This document shows positions 29,616 to 40,589 of a stretch of 55,044 bases of DNA, one piece after another. Numbering within the stretch: the first letter of the stretch is position 1; each line of letters begins with the position of its first letter. The DNA is from an uncultured Methanosarcinales archaeon. GTDB taxonomy: Archaea > Nanobdellota > Nanobdellia > Woesearchaeales > JAGWAF01. Under the pieces are notes generated by a model. That model saw only the letters and a list, made by a program, of their open reading frames with translations. It was not told the DNA's origin and ran no database searches. A program made the translations under genes and the position numbers. Location: NCBI GenBank assembly GCA_964359785.1, contig CAYHWL010000002.1:1-55044 (forward strand), given 5' to 3'.

Positions 29616-31679
29616 CTATTTCGGATATTCTATTCGAACATGGTAAATGTTCAACATTTTTTTAATGAACAAATTTTTAATGGTGGCAATATCGTTAAAA
29701 GTAATGTCGGTATTGATGTATTGATTTTCGTTGACTTGCGAAGTAATAATATTTTCTACCAGTTGGCTAATCGAATCCGTATTATAAAGTTTTAAACTTC
29801 TCGATGCCGCTTCAACAGAATCAGCCATCATTAATACTGCGGTTTCTTTTGAAAAAGGAATAGGTCCAGGATATTGAAACAAGTCAGCATTAATATCAAT
29901 CTCGGGGTTTTCATTTTTAGACATCCTCAAAAAATACTGAGTTTTTGTTGTTCCGTGGTGAGTTCTAATAAAATCGATAATGTGCTCAGGTATTTTATTT
30001 GCTTTCGCTATCTCAATTCCTTTTATAACGTGATTGATGATGATGTCTGCACTTTCTTCAAAACTTAATTCATCATGTGGATTGATACCTGCAGTTTGGT
30101 TTTCAATAAAATAAGCTGGAGCAAACATTTTTCCAATATCGTGGTACAACGCTCCTGCTCTTACTAATAATGGATTTCCTCCTATTTCTCGAATGGCTTC
30201 TTCAGCTAAATTGGAGACTTGCAATGAATGTTGAAAAGTACCAGGTGCTTTTAAATTAAGTTCCCTTAATAAACTATTATTGGTATCTGATAATTCTAAT
30301 AGTGTTACATCTGAAATGTAACCGAAAGTTTTTTCAAATAGATAAATTAAAGGATAAGTAATGATAGTAAATCCTGCGGCCATTGCAAACCAACCAAATT
30401 TACTCCAAACAATCGTGTTAATATTGCCTTCTTGCAAAAGAGATAATCCTAAATAGGAAAGAGAAAAAACAATGAAAATAATAAAACTAGTATAAAAAAG
30501 TTCAGATCGTTTATTTACGTTGAGTACGGTGAATATTGTAATTATTCCAGTTATGGATTCTAAAATAATAAACTCAAATGAATTAGGGACAATAAAACTG
30601 ATTAATAATATAGTGATAATGAAGGTAAATAAAGCTAATCGATTACCAAAAAATGTTCTAATTAATAAAGGAATGATACAATAAGGAATAACATAAACGC
30701 TTATTTCTTTAAAATTGAGAATCAATACTGTAATTGCAACAAAACTGACCACAATAATGAATAAGAAACCAATATCCATGTTGTCGTTAAATACTTTAGC
30801 ATTTACATTTTTTAGAAAAATAGATATGGCATAAAAAAGCAATATCACAATAATTAATTGACCTAAAATAATCCACAATGATTGATTGGAAGTACCAAGT
30901 TTAGATTCATATTCAATTTTTAATGATTGTAAAACAGCATATTTATCCTCTAAAACTAACTCGCCAGTTGAAATAATTTTTTCATTTTCATAAACGCCAC
31001 CTTTCACTAAGGAAATATTATTGAATTCATTTTCTAAATCTTTTTGAGTCAACTCCTTATTAAATTTTATGTTTTGTTGAATAAAATTTTCGATACCCGA
31101 CAATAAAAAATTAGCATTTTTTAATTTTTGTTTTTTTAAGTCATTGACAACAAAATCATAAGCCGATTTAATGGTATATAAATCTCCCATTTCCACTTCT
31201 TCCCCTACTTTATCTGCTCCCATTAATACAATGGTATAATTTTTATCTTTATCTTCTAGTTCATCAATTATTTCGATAACCCCAACAGCATATATTTCGT
31301 TTAGGTATTTAATTCCTTGTTGAATAATAATCTCCTTATCTTTTACATTTAAAGAATTGTTCTCCTTTTGATTTGCCCAATTTTTAAAATCATTAATCAC
31401 TTTATCTTTTACCTTTTCATTACTGTTAAAGTATAAGATTTGGTTTTGTTGAATTTGAATTTTTTCGGTAGCAATTTCTTCTTTAGATTTATTAATAGCA
31501 AAATCAAAAGGAGCTAATAAATCTTCATGAACCCATGGTTTATTTTTCTGAAACTCATATTTAAACTTGCCTTCCTTTGGTAATAATAAGACCACTAGAA
31601 TTATTGAAACAGAAAACAACAGAACTTTGAATATCAGTTCGTGCTTATCTCTAATTTGATTTAAAAATTGATTGATCAT
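29616..31679 (-). CDS. 7TM-HD (HDIG) membrane phosphohydrolase, PgpH-like
   Basis: 687 aa with an extracytoplasmic N-domain, about 7 TM helices, and a C-terminal HD domain (HSLQVSNLAEEA, GALYHDIGK, IRTHHGT). Confidence 0.85.
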   Translation of the reverse strand: MINQFLNQIRDKHELIFKVLLFSVSIILVVLLLPKEGKFKYEFQKNKPWVHEDLLAPFDFAINKSKEEIATEKIQIQQNQILYFNSNEKVKDKVINDFKNWANQKENNSLNVKDKEIIIQQGIKYLNEIYAVGVIEIIDELEDKDKNYTIVLMGADKVGEEVEMGDLYTIKSAYDFVVNDLKKQKLKNANFLLSGIENFIQQNIKFNKELTQKDLENEFNNISLVKGGVYENEKIISTGELVLEDKYAVLQSLKIEYESKLGTSNQSLWIILGQLIIVILLFYAISIFLKNVNAKVFNDNMDIGFLFIIVVSFVAITVLILNFKEISVYVIPYCIIPLLIRTFFGNRLALFTFIITILLISFIVPNSFEFIILESITGIITIFTVLNVNKRSELFYTSFIIFIVFSLSYLGLSLLQEGNINTIVWSKFGWFAMAAGFTIITYPLIYLFEKTFGYISDVTLLELSDTNNSLLRELNLKAPGTFQHSLQVSNLAEEAIREIGGNPLLVRAGALYHDIGKMFAPAYFIENQTAGINPHDELSFEESADIIINHVIKGIEIAKANKIPEHIIDFIRTHHGTTKTQYFLRMSKNENPEIDINADLFQYPGPIPFSKETAVLMMADSVEAASRSLKLYNTDSISQLVENIITSQVNENQYINTDITFNDIATIKNLFIKKMLNIYHVRIEYPK

Positions 31680-31974
31680 GTTTTAAAAATACCCGCTAAA
31701 ATAGGATATTATCTGCAAAAATACAGAAATGAATACCAAATACGTTTTCAATTTTTTTTCTTAACCATTAGATTTTTTTTAAATTCTACTTATCAAATAA
31801 CGATTTCAATTCTATTCAAAAAAAATTTAAACTGATTTGCATCATAGAAATAGAATTAATCTATTATTGTTGGTAAAAATCATTAAAATTAAATAGCTTA
31901 AATTGCTTCCTCTTAAACCAAATTATTACTTTCGTACCAATAAAATAAAAAAGTAAAAACTTAATAATATTATT

Positions 31975-33153
31975 ATGAAAGAAGTATATATTATATCTGC
32001 AGTTAGGACTCCAATTGGTAGTTTTTTAGGAAGTTTATCAACTGTTACCGCTACTAAATTAGGTGCGACAGCTATAAAAGGAGCTATTAAAAAGGCTAAC
32101 ATTGACGTTGCTGTTGTTGATGAAGTTTTTATGGGAAATGTATTACAAGCAAACGTAGGGCAGGCACCTGCTCGACAAGCAGCATTATTTGCTGGATTAA
32201 AAACTAGTGTGCCTTGTACTACCATTAACAAAGTTTGTGCTTCTGGAATGAAAGCTGTAGCAATTGGAGCACAATCTATACTGCTTGGTGATAATGATTG
32301 TGTTGTTGTTGGAGGAATGGAAAATATGAGCATGGTACCACATTATATGAATGCAAGAAATGGTGTTAAATTAGGTGATATTAAAGTTATTGACGGTATG
32401 GTGAAAGACGGATTAACCGATGTTTATAATAATGTACACATGGGTGTTTGTGCTGAAAAATGTGCCAAAGAAAAACATATTTCGAGAGAGGAACAAGATA
32501 ATTTTGCAATTGAATCCTATAAAAGATCAGCTAAAGCTTGGGACACTGGAAAATTTGATAACGAAATTGTTCCTGTTGAAGTACCACAACGAAAAGGCGA
32601 TCCAATAATTGTTAATAAAGATGAGGAATATACCAATGTTAAAATGGAAAAAATTCCATCTTTAAGCCCTGTATTTGATAAAGATGGTACTATTACTGCT
32701 GCAAATGCATCAACATTAAACGATGGTGCTTCTGCATTAGTTTTAATGAGCAAAGAAAAAGCAACTGAATTAGGATTGAAACCAATTGCTAAAATTGTAA
32801 GTTATGCCGATGCAGCACAAGAACCTGAAAAATTTCCAACTGCACCTTCTCTTGCTATTAAAAAAGCATTAAATAAAGCTAATTTAACTGTTAATGATGT
32901 TGATTATTGGGAGTTAAACCAAGCATTTTCTGTTGTTGGTTTAGCAAATATAAAAGAATTAGGATTAAACCCTGAAAAAGTAGATGTTAATGGTGGTGCT
33001 GTAGCATTAGGACATCCTCTAGGAAGTTCTGGGGCTAGAATTATAGTAACATTAATTAACGTTTTAAAACAGAATAATGGAAAAATTGGCGGTGCTGGAA
33101 TTTGTAATGGTGGCGGTGGTGCTGGTGCTATGATTATTGAAAATGTTAATTAG
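31975..33153 (+). CDS. Acetyl-CoA C-acetyltransferase (thiolase II)
   Basis: Active-site motifs NKVCASGMKAV, NGGAVALGHPLGSSGARI and GICNGGGGAGAMIIE. Confidence 0.93.
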   Translation: MKEVYIISAVRTPIGSFLGSLSTVTATKLGATAIKGAIKKANIDVAVVDEVFMGNVLQANVGQAPARQAALFAGLKTSVPCTTINKVCASGMKAVAIGAQSILLGDNDCVVVGGMENMSMVPHYMNARNGVKLGDIKVIDGMVKDGLTDVYNNVHMGVCAEKCAKEKHISREEQDNFAIESYKRSAKAWDTGKFDNEIVPVEVPQRKGDPIIVNKDEEYTNVKMEKIPSLSPVFDKDGTITAANASTLNDGASALVLMSKEKATELGLKPIAKIVSYADAAQEPEKFPTAPSLAIKKALNKANLTVNDVDYWELNQAFSVVGLANIKELGLNPEKVDVNGGAVALGHPLGSSGARIIVTLINVLKQNNGKIGGAGICNGGGGAGAMIIENVN

Positions 33154-33250
33154 TCTCGATAGCTATTAGGAGTGAAAATTTGATAATTTATTACTTACTA
33201 CTAATCTCTTACAACTATAAAAACTTTCAACTCTAAATCCTAAACTAAAT

Positions 33251-34027
33251 TTGAAATACGGCATTTGTCATTTAAGTATTGTTCCATGTAGATTTGAACC
33301 TTCAGATAAAAGTGAAATGGTAACTCAACTCCTTTTTGGTGAAACAGTTAAGGTTTATGAAGAAAAAAAGGGAAGTTGGAAAAGAATAAAGACTGCTTTT
33401 GATAATTATGATTGTTGGGTAGATGAAAAACAAATCACTATTATTTCATCAGAAGAATTTGAGCACATGAACTCTTCTATTGTTACCAATGAGTTAGTTC
33501 ATGTTGTTGTCAACAAAAAATCTAAGTTCATTATCCCTATTTTATTAGGAAGTACTTTACCCAATTTTACAAAAAAAACCTTAAAGTTTGGTGAACAAGA
33601 ATTTAGTTTTGATGGACAAATCATTAATACGTCTAAAAAAATAGTAAAAAATAATTTAGTGGCAAATGCCATGATGTATATCAATGCTCCTTATTTATGG
33701 GGAGGTCGTTCTCCTTTTGGTATTGATTGCTCAGGTTTTACACAAATTATCTACAAATTAAATGGTTTTCAATTGCCTCGAGATGCTTCCCAGCAATCGG
33801 AAATAGGGCAAACGTTGAGTTTTGTAGAAGAATCGGAAAGTGGCGATTTGGCTTTTTTTGACAATGAAGAAGGGAATATCATTCATGTTGGAATTGTATT
33901 AGCCGACAATCGAATTATTCACGCTTCTGGTAAAGTTAGAATAGATAAACTTGACCACCAAGGTATTTTTAATGTGGATACTGGACTTTATACTCACCGA
34001 TTAAGACTGATAAAGAAAATAATTTAA
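33251..34027 (+). CDS. NlpC/P60 (C40) peptidoglycan hydrolase with an N-terminal SH3-like domain
   Basis: Catalytic Cys GIDCSGFTQIIY and His IIHVGIVL. Starts at TTG 33251 according to the track. Confidence 0.8.
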   Translation: MKYGICHLSIVPCRFEPSDKSEMVTQLLFGETVKVYEEKKGSWKRIKTAFDNYDCWVDEKQITIISSEEFEHMNSSIVTNELVHVVVNKKSKFIIPILLGSTLPNFTKKTLKFGEQEFSFDGQIINTSKKIVKNNLVANAMMYINAPYLWGGRSPFGIDCSGFTQIIYKLNGFQLPRDASQQSEIGQTLSFVEESESGDLAFFDNEEGNIIHVGIVLADNRIIHASGKVRIDKLDHQGIFNVDTGLYTHRLRLIKKII

Positions 34028-34052
34028 CTTTTTTCTTAATCAGTATTCTCTT

Positions 34053-34241
34053 TTAATGAGAAGCCTCATCAGATTTTTTATTAAAAATTAAGATGGCTAC
34101 TACTGCACCAATTATCACAATAGCCATAGTTATTGCTTGTACTAACTGTGTTTTTACAGTAATATCAAAATATGCCCATTGAAATGGCACCAAGATTAGA
34201 AAAGCAATAATTGCTAATGCTACTATTTTATTTTTTTTCAT
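34053..34241 (-). CDS. Small two-TM membrane protein
   Basis: 62 aa: MKKNKIVALAIIAFLILVPF...AITMAIVIIGAVVAILIF. Confidence 0.5.
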   Translation of the reverse strand: MKKNKIVALAIIAFLILVPFQWAYFDITVKTQLVQAITMAIVIIGAVVAILIFNKKSDEASH

Positions 34242-34280
34242 TTTATTTTATTTTATTTCATTTTTCTACTTTCATCTTTT

Positions 34281-34314
34281 TACACACCCCTAACCCCTCT
34301 TTTTAGAGGGGACA
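34281..34314. repeat. REP-like GC-rich hairpin element, family E, copy 2
   Basis: tacacacccctaaCCCCTCTttttAGAGGGGacag. It lies 71 nt past the hppD stop on the minus strand. Confidence 0.8.
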
Positions 34315-34384
34315 GCCAAACGCACATTGCCCTCTCCTTTCTATTATCTTATCTCAAATTTCTCATTTCATCTTTCTCATTTCA

Positions 34385-35542
34385 TCATAATGTTCCTCTT
34401 TTTTCTTGCTCTCTTTCAATAGATTCAAATAAAGCTTTAAAATTACCAGCTCCAAAACCTCTAGCACCCATTCGCTGAATAATTTCAAAAAATAAGGTAG
34501 GTCTATCTTCTACTGGTTTGGTGAATATTTGTAATAAATATCCTTCTTCATCTGCATCAATCATAATACCAAGGCTTTTTAAAACCTCAATATCTTCTCC
34601 TAAAATGTGGTGATGTTTTTCTAACCTTAAAGGTACTGCTTTATAATATTCCTCTGGTGGTGTAGATAAAAACTCCACTCCTCTTTCTCGTAATTGTTTC
34701 ACCGTAGTTATGATGTTATCAGTAGCAACTGCGAGGTGTTGTGCTCCTGGTCCTTCATAAAAATCGATGTATTCTTCAATTTGAGATTTTTTTGCCGCTT
34801 TTGCTGGTTCATTGATAGGAAATTTAATTCGTCCATTTCCATTACTCATTACCTTACTCATTAGAGCAGAGTATTCCGTATGAATTTGTTTATCGTCAAA
34901 AGTTAAAAAATTAACAAAACCCATCACCTCTTCATACCATTTTACCCACTGATTCATTTCTCCCCAACCCACATTTCCAACCATGTGGTCGATAAATTTC
35001 AATCCAACTGAAGTAGGGTTATAATCAGATTCCCATTTTTGGTAGCCTGGTAAAAAAAATCCGTTATAATTTTTTCGTTCTACAAAAATATGAACTGTTT
35101 CTCCGTAGGTATGGATTCCAGAACGAACTACTTCACCATATTCATCTTTTTCTGTAGTTGGTTCCATAAAAGATTTTGCACCTCTACTGGTAGTTTCTTT
35201 CCACGATTTTGTAGCATCTTCCACCCATAAAGCAATCACTTTTACTCCATCTCCATGTTTAGTTAAATGCTGATTAATAGGTGATTTAGAGTTTAAAGGC
35301 GTTGTTAACACCAATCGAATTTTATCTTGTTTTAACACATACGAAGCGTAATCTTTACAACCAGTTTCTAAACCTTTGTAAGCATGAGATTGAAAACCAA
35401 ATGCTGTTTTGTAAAAGTGGGCTGCTTGTTTTGCATTACCAACGTATAACTCCACGTAATCGGTACCTAATAAAGGAAGAAAGTCTTGTGCTCCTTCAAA
35501 TATTTTCTCTAATCCGTATTCTACGTTTTTTATTTGTTTCAT
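34385..35542 (-). CDS. hppD: 4-hydroxyphenylpyruvate dioxygenase
   Basis: C-terminal HppD signature LFFEIIQRMGARGFGAGNFKALFESIEREQEKRG. I prefer ATG 35542, which avoids overlapping hmgA. Confidence 0.92.
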   Translation of the reverse strand: MKQIKNVEYGLEKIFEGAQDFLPLLGTDYVELYVGNAKQAAHFYKTAFGFQSHAYKGLETGCKDYASYVLKQDKIRLVLTTPLNSKSPINQHLTKHGDGVKVIALWVEDATKSWKETTSRGAKSFMEPTTEKDEYGEVVRSGIHTYGETVHIFVERKNYNGFFLPGYQKWESDYNPTSVGLKFIDHMVGNVGWGEMNQWVKWYEEVMGFVNFLTFDDKQIHTEYSALMSKVMSNGNGRIKFPINEPAKAAKKSQIEEYIDFYEGPGAQHLAVATDNIITTVKQLRERGVEFLSTPPEEYYKAVPLRLEKHHHILGEDIEVLKSLGIMIDADEEGYLLQIFTKPVEDRPTLFFEIIQRMGARGFGAGNFKALFESIEREQEKRGTL

Positions 35543-35553
35543 TTCAAAAAATA

Positions 35554-36711
35554 TTAATGATTCCATGATTTATAATAATCAGCTACCTGTAATTTCATAG
35601 CATCTTCAGTAATCATCATTGGACTAAAGGGATCTATCATCACCGCCAATTCTTCGGTTTCTTTTTTTCCAACACTTCTCTCAATGGCTCCAGGGTGCGG
35701 ACCATGAGGTATTCCACCAGGATGTAAAGTGATTTGTCCTTTTTTAATGTTATTTCTACTCATAAAATCTCCATCCACATAATACAAAAGTTCCTCCGAA
35801 TCGATGTTGCTGTGGTGGTAAGGAGATGGAATTGCTTGAGGATGGTAATCGTACATTCTTGGAACAAATGAACAGACTACAAAACCAGGCGCTTCCCATG
35901 TTTGGTGAGTTGGTGGTGGAAGATGAACTCTTCCTGTTATAGGTTCAAAATCAAAAATAGAAAACGCATAAGGATAATTAAACCCATCCCAACCAACTAC
36001 ATCAAAAGGATGATTCTCGTGTGTATATTCCCAAAGGATATTTTGTTTTTTTGATAAAATTTTAAATTGACCTTTTTCGTCGTGAGTTTCCAGATTTTCT
36101 GGCAATCTAAAATCTCGTTCACAAAAAGGGGAATGTTCTAATAGCTGGCCATAATTATTTCTGTATCGGCTAGGAGTTGTAATAGCTCCAACAGATTCAA
36201 TAAACAATATTCTATTTTCTTTGGTATCAAAATCAATTTGGTAGGTAGTTCCTTTTGGAATGATTAAATAATCGCCATACTTAAAATTTAAATTGCCATA
36301 CATCGTTCTTAGTTTTCCAGTACCTTGATGAATAAAAAGCATTTCATCTGAATCGCTATTTCTATAAAAATAATTTGCAGAAAACGATTTTGGTGCAGCT
36401 AAACCAATTTTTAAGTCGTTGTTAACAAAAAGAACTTTTCTACTTTCTAAATAATCTTCGGTTGCAGGTAAAGAAAAACCTTGAAAACTAAGTGCTTTCA
36501 TGTTTTTTTCGATAGCAATTTTTGGGGTAATGTCTTTTATTTGCTTTATTTCACTAACAACTGTTGGGGGATAAAGATGGTAAATTAGAGACGACCTTCC
36601 AACAAAACCTGCTGTACCAAATAATTCTTCCTGATACAAACTCCCATCTTCTTTTTTAAAAGTGGTGTGTCGTTTATGAGGTATTTTACCTAATTGGTGA
36701 TAACGTGACAT
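35554..36711 (-). CDS. hmgA: Homogentisate 1,2-dioxygenase (short bacteroidetal form)
   Basis: Cupin dioxygenase with PYHHSNIDSEELLYYVDGDFMSR and GGIPHGPHPG. Adjacent to hppD (tyrosine catabolism). Confidence 0.88.
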   Translation of the reverse strand: MSRYHQLGKIPHKRHTTFKKEDGSLYQEELFGTAGFVGRSSLIYHLYPPTVVSEIKQIKDITPKIAIEKNMKALSFQGFSLPATEDYLESRKVLFVNNDLKIGLAAPKSFSANYFYRNSDSDEMLFIHQGTGKLRTMYGNLNFKYGDYLIIPKGTTYQIDFDTKENRILFIESVGAITTPSRYRNNYGQLLEHSPFCERDFRLPENLETHDEKGQFKILSKKQNILWEYTHENHPFDVVGWDGFNYPYAFSIFDFEPITGRVHLPPPTHQTWEAPGFVVCSFVPRMYDYHPQAIPSPYHHSNIDSEELLYYVDGDFMSRNNIKKGQITLHPGGIPHGPHPGAIERSVGKKETEELAVMIDPFSPMMITEDAMKLQVADYYKSWNH

Positions 36712-36858
36712 TTGTTAAATGGTTATGGTCGATTGAATAATGAATTTAAAATTAACATTTCTCTTTCTATACAAGCTCTATTTTATGTTTTATAACACTT
36801 TTGATTAATTGCTTGTAAAAATACAAAATGAAAAGAAAGAAAAAATAAATTTAATAAA

Positions 36859-37302
36859 TTATTCATTATCTTCAGCAAACCACTCTGCATAAGAGTTTGG
36901 AGTTTCTCTTAAAAATAAACTGTGTAATTGAATGTTTTTAGGTAGTTTAATTTGAATCAATTTTGCAAATTGAACCAACAGTTGCTCACAAGTGGGTTGA
37001 AAAGGAACAATAATCAATTTATTCATAAATTCATATTGAGTTTTATCAATGTTCATTTTTTTGTTGAGCACCAACGAATGGTCGTAAGGATGCACCACTT
37101 GTTCGTTCACAATGTTTTTAACGATGCCAAAATCAATCACCATTCCTTCATCCGAATCGGAAGTATTTTCTTTTACTTTTCCTTTAACGGTTACTTTTAG
37201 CTGATAGGAATGTCCGTGTATGTTTTTGCATGGACCATCGTAACCTAATAAGGCATGAGCCATTTCAAATTGAAACTCTTTGGTAATTCTAATAGTTGAC
37301 AT
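36859..37302 (-). CDS. queD: 6-carboxy-5,6,7,8-tetrahydropterin synthase (PTPS family)
   Basis: FEMAHALLGYDGPCKNIHGHSYQLKVTV matches the PTPS/QueD zinc-His motif. Confidence 0.85.
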   Translation of the reverse strand: MSTIRITKEFQFEMAHALLGYDGPCKNIHGHSYQLKVTVKGKVKENTSDSDEGMVIDFGIVKNIVNEQVVHPYDHSLVLNKKMNIDKTQYEFMNKLIIVPFQPTCEQLLVQFAKLIQIKLPKNIQLHSLFLRETPNSYAEWFAEDNE

Positions 37303-37343
37303 CGTATTAATTTAGGTTGCGAAATTAGTTATTGTTTTTAGTT

Positions 37344-40300
37344 TTACAACTTGCTTCCAATTACAATAACATCATCAATCTGTTCGAAATCTCCCATCCA
37401 GTTACTTAATGCTGTTTCTAATTTAATTTTCTGTTCTTCCATGGATAAGTCATTGATAGAAAGCAATAATTCTTTGAGTTGTTTGTACCTGAATTTTTTT
37501 CCTTTTTCACCACCAAATTGGTCGGCAAAACCATCTGAGAATAAATAGATAACATCTCCTTTACTTAATTGAAAGCTGTGTTTTGAAAAACTATTAGCAC
37601 CTTCGGAATAATATCCAATTGGAAATCGATCTGCTTTTATTTCATACAACATCAAACCATTATTATCAATTATATTGGGTTTAATAGTTTCGCCATTCAT
37701 CACTTCTAATTTGTTTTTAGAAATGATATATAAAGGGTTATAAGCACCAGCATATTCTAAAACATTTGTTTCTTTATCAAAAGAACACAACGCAATATCC
37801 ATCCCATCCTTAATGGCATCAGAAGCTACCTCTTGCCTTAGCGTGTTGGCAACTCCTTTGTTTAATTCGTTTAAAATTTTATCTGGTTCAGTAGTTCCGT
37901 ATTCACCAACAATTTTATCTAATAAGTTATACCCAACAATACTCATAAAAGCTCCAGGAACTCCATGTCCTGTGCAATCTACGGCAGCAAAAAGTGACTT
38001 GTTGTTTTTTTGAGCTAACCAATAAAAATCGCCCGAAACAATATCTTTTGGTCGAAACAAAACAAAAGTCTGAGCCAATTGTTTGGTAAACATTTCTCCT
38101 GATGGTAAAATGGCATCTTGTATTCTTTTTGCATAAGTAATACTATCAATGATGTCTTTATTTTTTCGTTCAATTTCTTTGCTCTGTTTCACCACTTCTG
38201 CAGTTCTTTCTTCCACTTTTTCTTCTAATATCCGCTTTTCTTTCAATAGGTTTCTTTCTCTCATTTTTACGAATAGAATTACTAATATAATGAGAATTAT
38301 TCCACACAAAATTAGAAACCAAGGTCGTTGCCACAAGGGTGGGATGATGGAAAAACTATACGTAATAGGTTTGGAATTCCATATACCATTGTTATTACAA
38401 GCAATAACTTTAATTGTATATTTTCCAGGAGGAAGTGGTGAGTAGGTAACAAAAGTTTGTTGTGTAACTGGTCGCCAATCCTCTTCCAATCCTTCTAACA
38501 TTACTTTGTAATAAACTTGGTTAGGGTCTGTTAAACAGATGCTTGAATAGTTAAAGATGATTGATTTTTCTTTGTAATTTAATTCGAGGTTATCAGACAT
38601 TGGTCTATCTTCTAAGTTAACTCGTAATTGAGAAATTTGAGTGATTGGTTCGAGCGTATTCACTTTTTCATCTTTGATATTCAACTTCACAACTCCCTTA
38701 ATTGTTCCAAACCACAAATTACCTTCGTTGTCTTTATAGGTAGCATTGTGTTTCGATTCAATTCCGATATAACCCATCTTCTCAGAAAAGGAATAAAATC
38801 TATTTTGGTGAACATCGTATTTGTTCAATCCTTTGTTGGTTCCTATCCATATATTTCCTTTTTCGTCCATATTTAACAAAGAAATGTAATCGGACAATAA
38901 ACCGTTGTTGACGTTGTATTCTTTAATTATCTTTTTACCATCAAAAATGATAACTCCTTTACCTTCTGTTCCAATCCACAAATTCCCTATTTTATCTTCA
39001 ATTATAGAGGTTGGAGTGATTTTTTCTTTTAAATCAATTTTAGAAATTTTAGAACCTACAATTTTTGTAATTCCTTTTCCTCTGGCACCTACCCAAACCA
39101 CATTTTTAGCATCTGTAAAAATGGTAGTAATTTCATTTCCTGCTAATCCATTCGATTGAGTCAATCTGTCAACCAATTGATTGTTGATTTCATAATAAAC
39201 TAAACCATCAGTTGTTCCCACCCATAAGTTATTGGTTTTGTCAACATCCAAAGCAGTAATTAAGAGCTGATTCATGTAGGAATTGACTCTAAAATTCATT
39301 TCAAATTTGTTACTCCTATTGTTAAATTGCATCACTCCTCCACCCCAAGTGCCTATCCAAATATCATTATTTTTATCTTTTTTAATAAAACGAACATCTT
39401 GGTAAGGCATTCCTTTTGCTTCCGAATAAGAGTTAATTAGTTTCGAATCTTTAAAAACAGAAATCCCTTCATTTGTTCCAAACCAATCTTGTCCTTTGTC
39501 ATCTCTTAAAATTGCCCAAACTTGCTCATTGATGAGTCCATTTTGAATTCCATAAGAAACAAACTGGCTTCCTTTATAGATTAATAAACCATTTTCTTTT
39601 GTTCCTAACAATACATTTCCCTCTCTATCTTCCGAAATAAATCGGATGTTATTGTCAACTAATCCTTTTGCTTTATTGATGGTTGTTATTTTTGAGTTGT
39701 TAATGATGGACACTCCTCCGCCCCAAGTTCCTATCCAAATATTACTTTTAGTATCTTCATAAATAGTACTTACCCAGTTGGATGCCAAACCATCGCGGAC
39801 ATCATAAATTTTTAAATCGCCCGATGCTTTGTTGTAATGATACAAACCTCCATTGTAGGAACCAAACCATTGGTCTTGGTTTTTAGCTTCGTAGAGATAG
39901 GTAATTTGAAAGTAAGTAGGCAAGTTATTTACCTTATAAAAACTAAATGAATTTTTTTGATAATTGTAATTTTTAATACCAACATCAGTAATAAAATAAA
40001 TGTTGCCATTTTGTATTTTAGTGATTTGAAAAACAACGTCACTCAGCCCTTCTTGACCTTTGTATTGCTTAAAACTAATCGATTTTTTAGTCGCCAAATA
40101 AGGGTCGGTAATTTTTATGACTCCATCGCCAAAAGAACTTACCCATAAATTCCCTTCATCATCTTCGGCAAACGAAGTAATATCGGCACTCATGCTTAAT
40201 ACAATTTCTATTTTATTATTTTTCCCGTCCGTACCAGCACGGGCGGACATTCTGGAAACACCACCATCAACGTGTCCTAACCAAAGTATTCCAGCAGAAT

Positions 40301-40580
40301 CTATGTAAATAGTTTTTACTGCACCATCTGCTAACCCGTCTTCTGTGGTATAGTTGATAAATTCTTTTCCATCAAATCGGGATAAGCCACTTGCTGTTCC
40401 TAACCAGATGTATCCATTGTTATCTTGTACGATGGAATAAACACTGGATTGTGCCAAACCTTCTTTTACACTGTAATTATCAAAGTGATAGTTTTGGCTA
40501 AAAGAAAGATGATTTGACAATAAAAAAATAACCGACAAAGTAAATAACTTGTCGGTTAATAGCATTTTATAAAACTTCAT
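37344..40580 (-). CDS. Sensor phosphatase: periplasmic two-component-regulator propeller/Y_Y_Y repeats, one TM helix, cytoplasmic PP2C/SpoIIE domain
   Basis: Repeated ...G.IW.GT..GL... propeller blades over about 700 aa. TM helix WFLILCGIILIILVILFV, then a coiled coil. SpoIIE motifs SGDFYW, AAVDCTGHGVPGAFMS and DDVIVIG. Confidence 0.85.
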   Translation of the reverse strand: MKFYKMLLTDKLFTLSVIFLLSNHLSFSQNYHFDNYSVKEGLAQSSVYSIVQDNNGYIWLGTASGLSRFDGKEFINYTTEDGLADGAVKTIYIDSAGILWLGHVDGGVSRMSARAGTDGKNNKIEIVLSMSADITSFAEDDEGNLWVSSFGDGVIKITDPYLATKKSISFKQYKGQEGLSDVVFQITKIQNGNIYFITDVGIKNYNYQKNSFSFYKVNNLPTYFQITYLYEAKNQDQWFGSYNGGLYHYNKASGDLKIYDVRDGLASNWVSTIYEDTKSNIWIGTWGGGVSIINNSKITTINKAKGLVDNNIRFISEDREGNVLLGTKENGLLIYKGSQFVSYGIQNGLINEQVWAILRDDKGQDWFGTNEGISVFKDSKLINSYSEAKGMPYQDVRFIKKDKNNDIWIGTWGGGVMQFNNRSNKFEMNFRVNSYMNQLLITALDVDKTNNLWVGTTDGLVYYEINNQLVDRLTQSNGLAGNEITTIFTDAKNVVWVGARGKGITKIVGSKISKIDLKEKITPTSIIEDKIGNLWIGTEGKGVIIFDGKKIIKEYNVNNGLLSDYISLLNMDEKGNIWIGTNKGLNKYDVHQNRFYSFSEKMGYIGIESKHNATYKDNEGNLWFGTIKGVVKLNIKDEKVNTLEPITQISQLRVNLEDRPMSDNLELNYKEKSIIFNYSSICLTDPNQVYYKVMLEGLEEDWRPVTQQTFVTYSPLPPGKYTIKVIACNNNGIWNSKPITYSFSIIPPLWQRPWFLILCGIILIILVILFVKMRERNLLKEKRILEEKVEERTAEVVKQSKEIERKNKDIIDSITYAKRIQDAILPSGEMFTKQLAQTFVLFRPKDIVSGDFYWLAQKNNKSLFAAVDCTGHGVPGAFMSIVGYNLLDKIVGEYGTTEPDKILNELNKGVANTLRQEVASDAIKDGMDIALCSFDKETNVLEYAGAYNPLYIISKNKLEVMNGETIKPNIIDNNGLMLYEIKADRFPIGYYSEGANSFSKHSFQLSKGDVIYLFSDGFADQFGGEKGKKFRYKQLKELLLSINDLSMEEQKIKLETALSNWMGDFEQIDDVIVIGSKL

Positions 40581-40589
40581 AAATTCTTA

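Noticed and set aside
31926-32333. 135-aa minus-strand ORF
   Set aside because: It lies entirely antisense to the well-supported thiolase gene. The same reasoning applies to 16596..16952 (antisense to pntA) and 12907..13221 (antisense to prmA).
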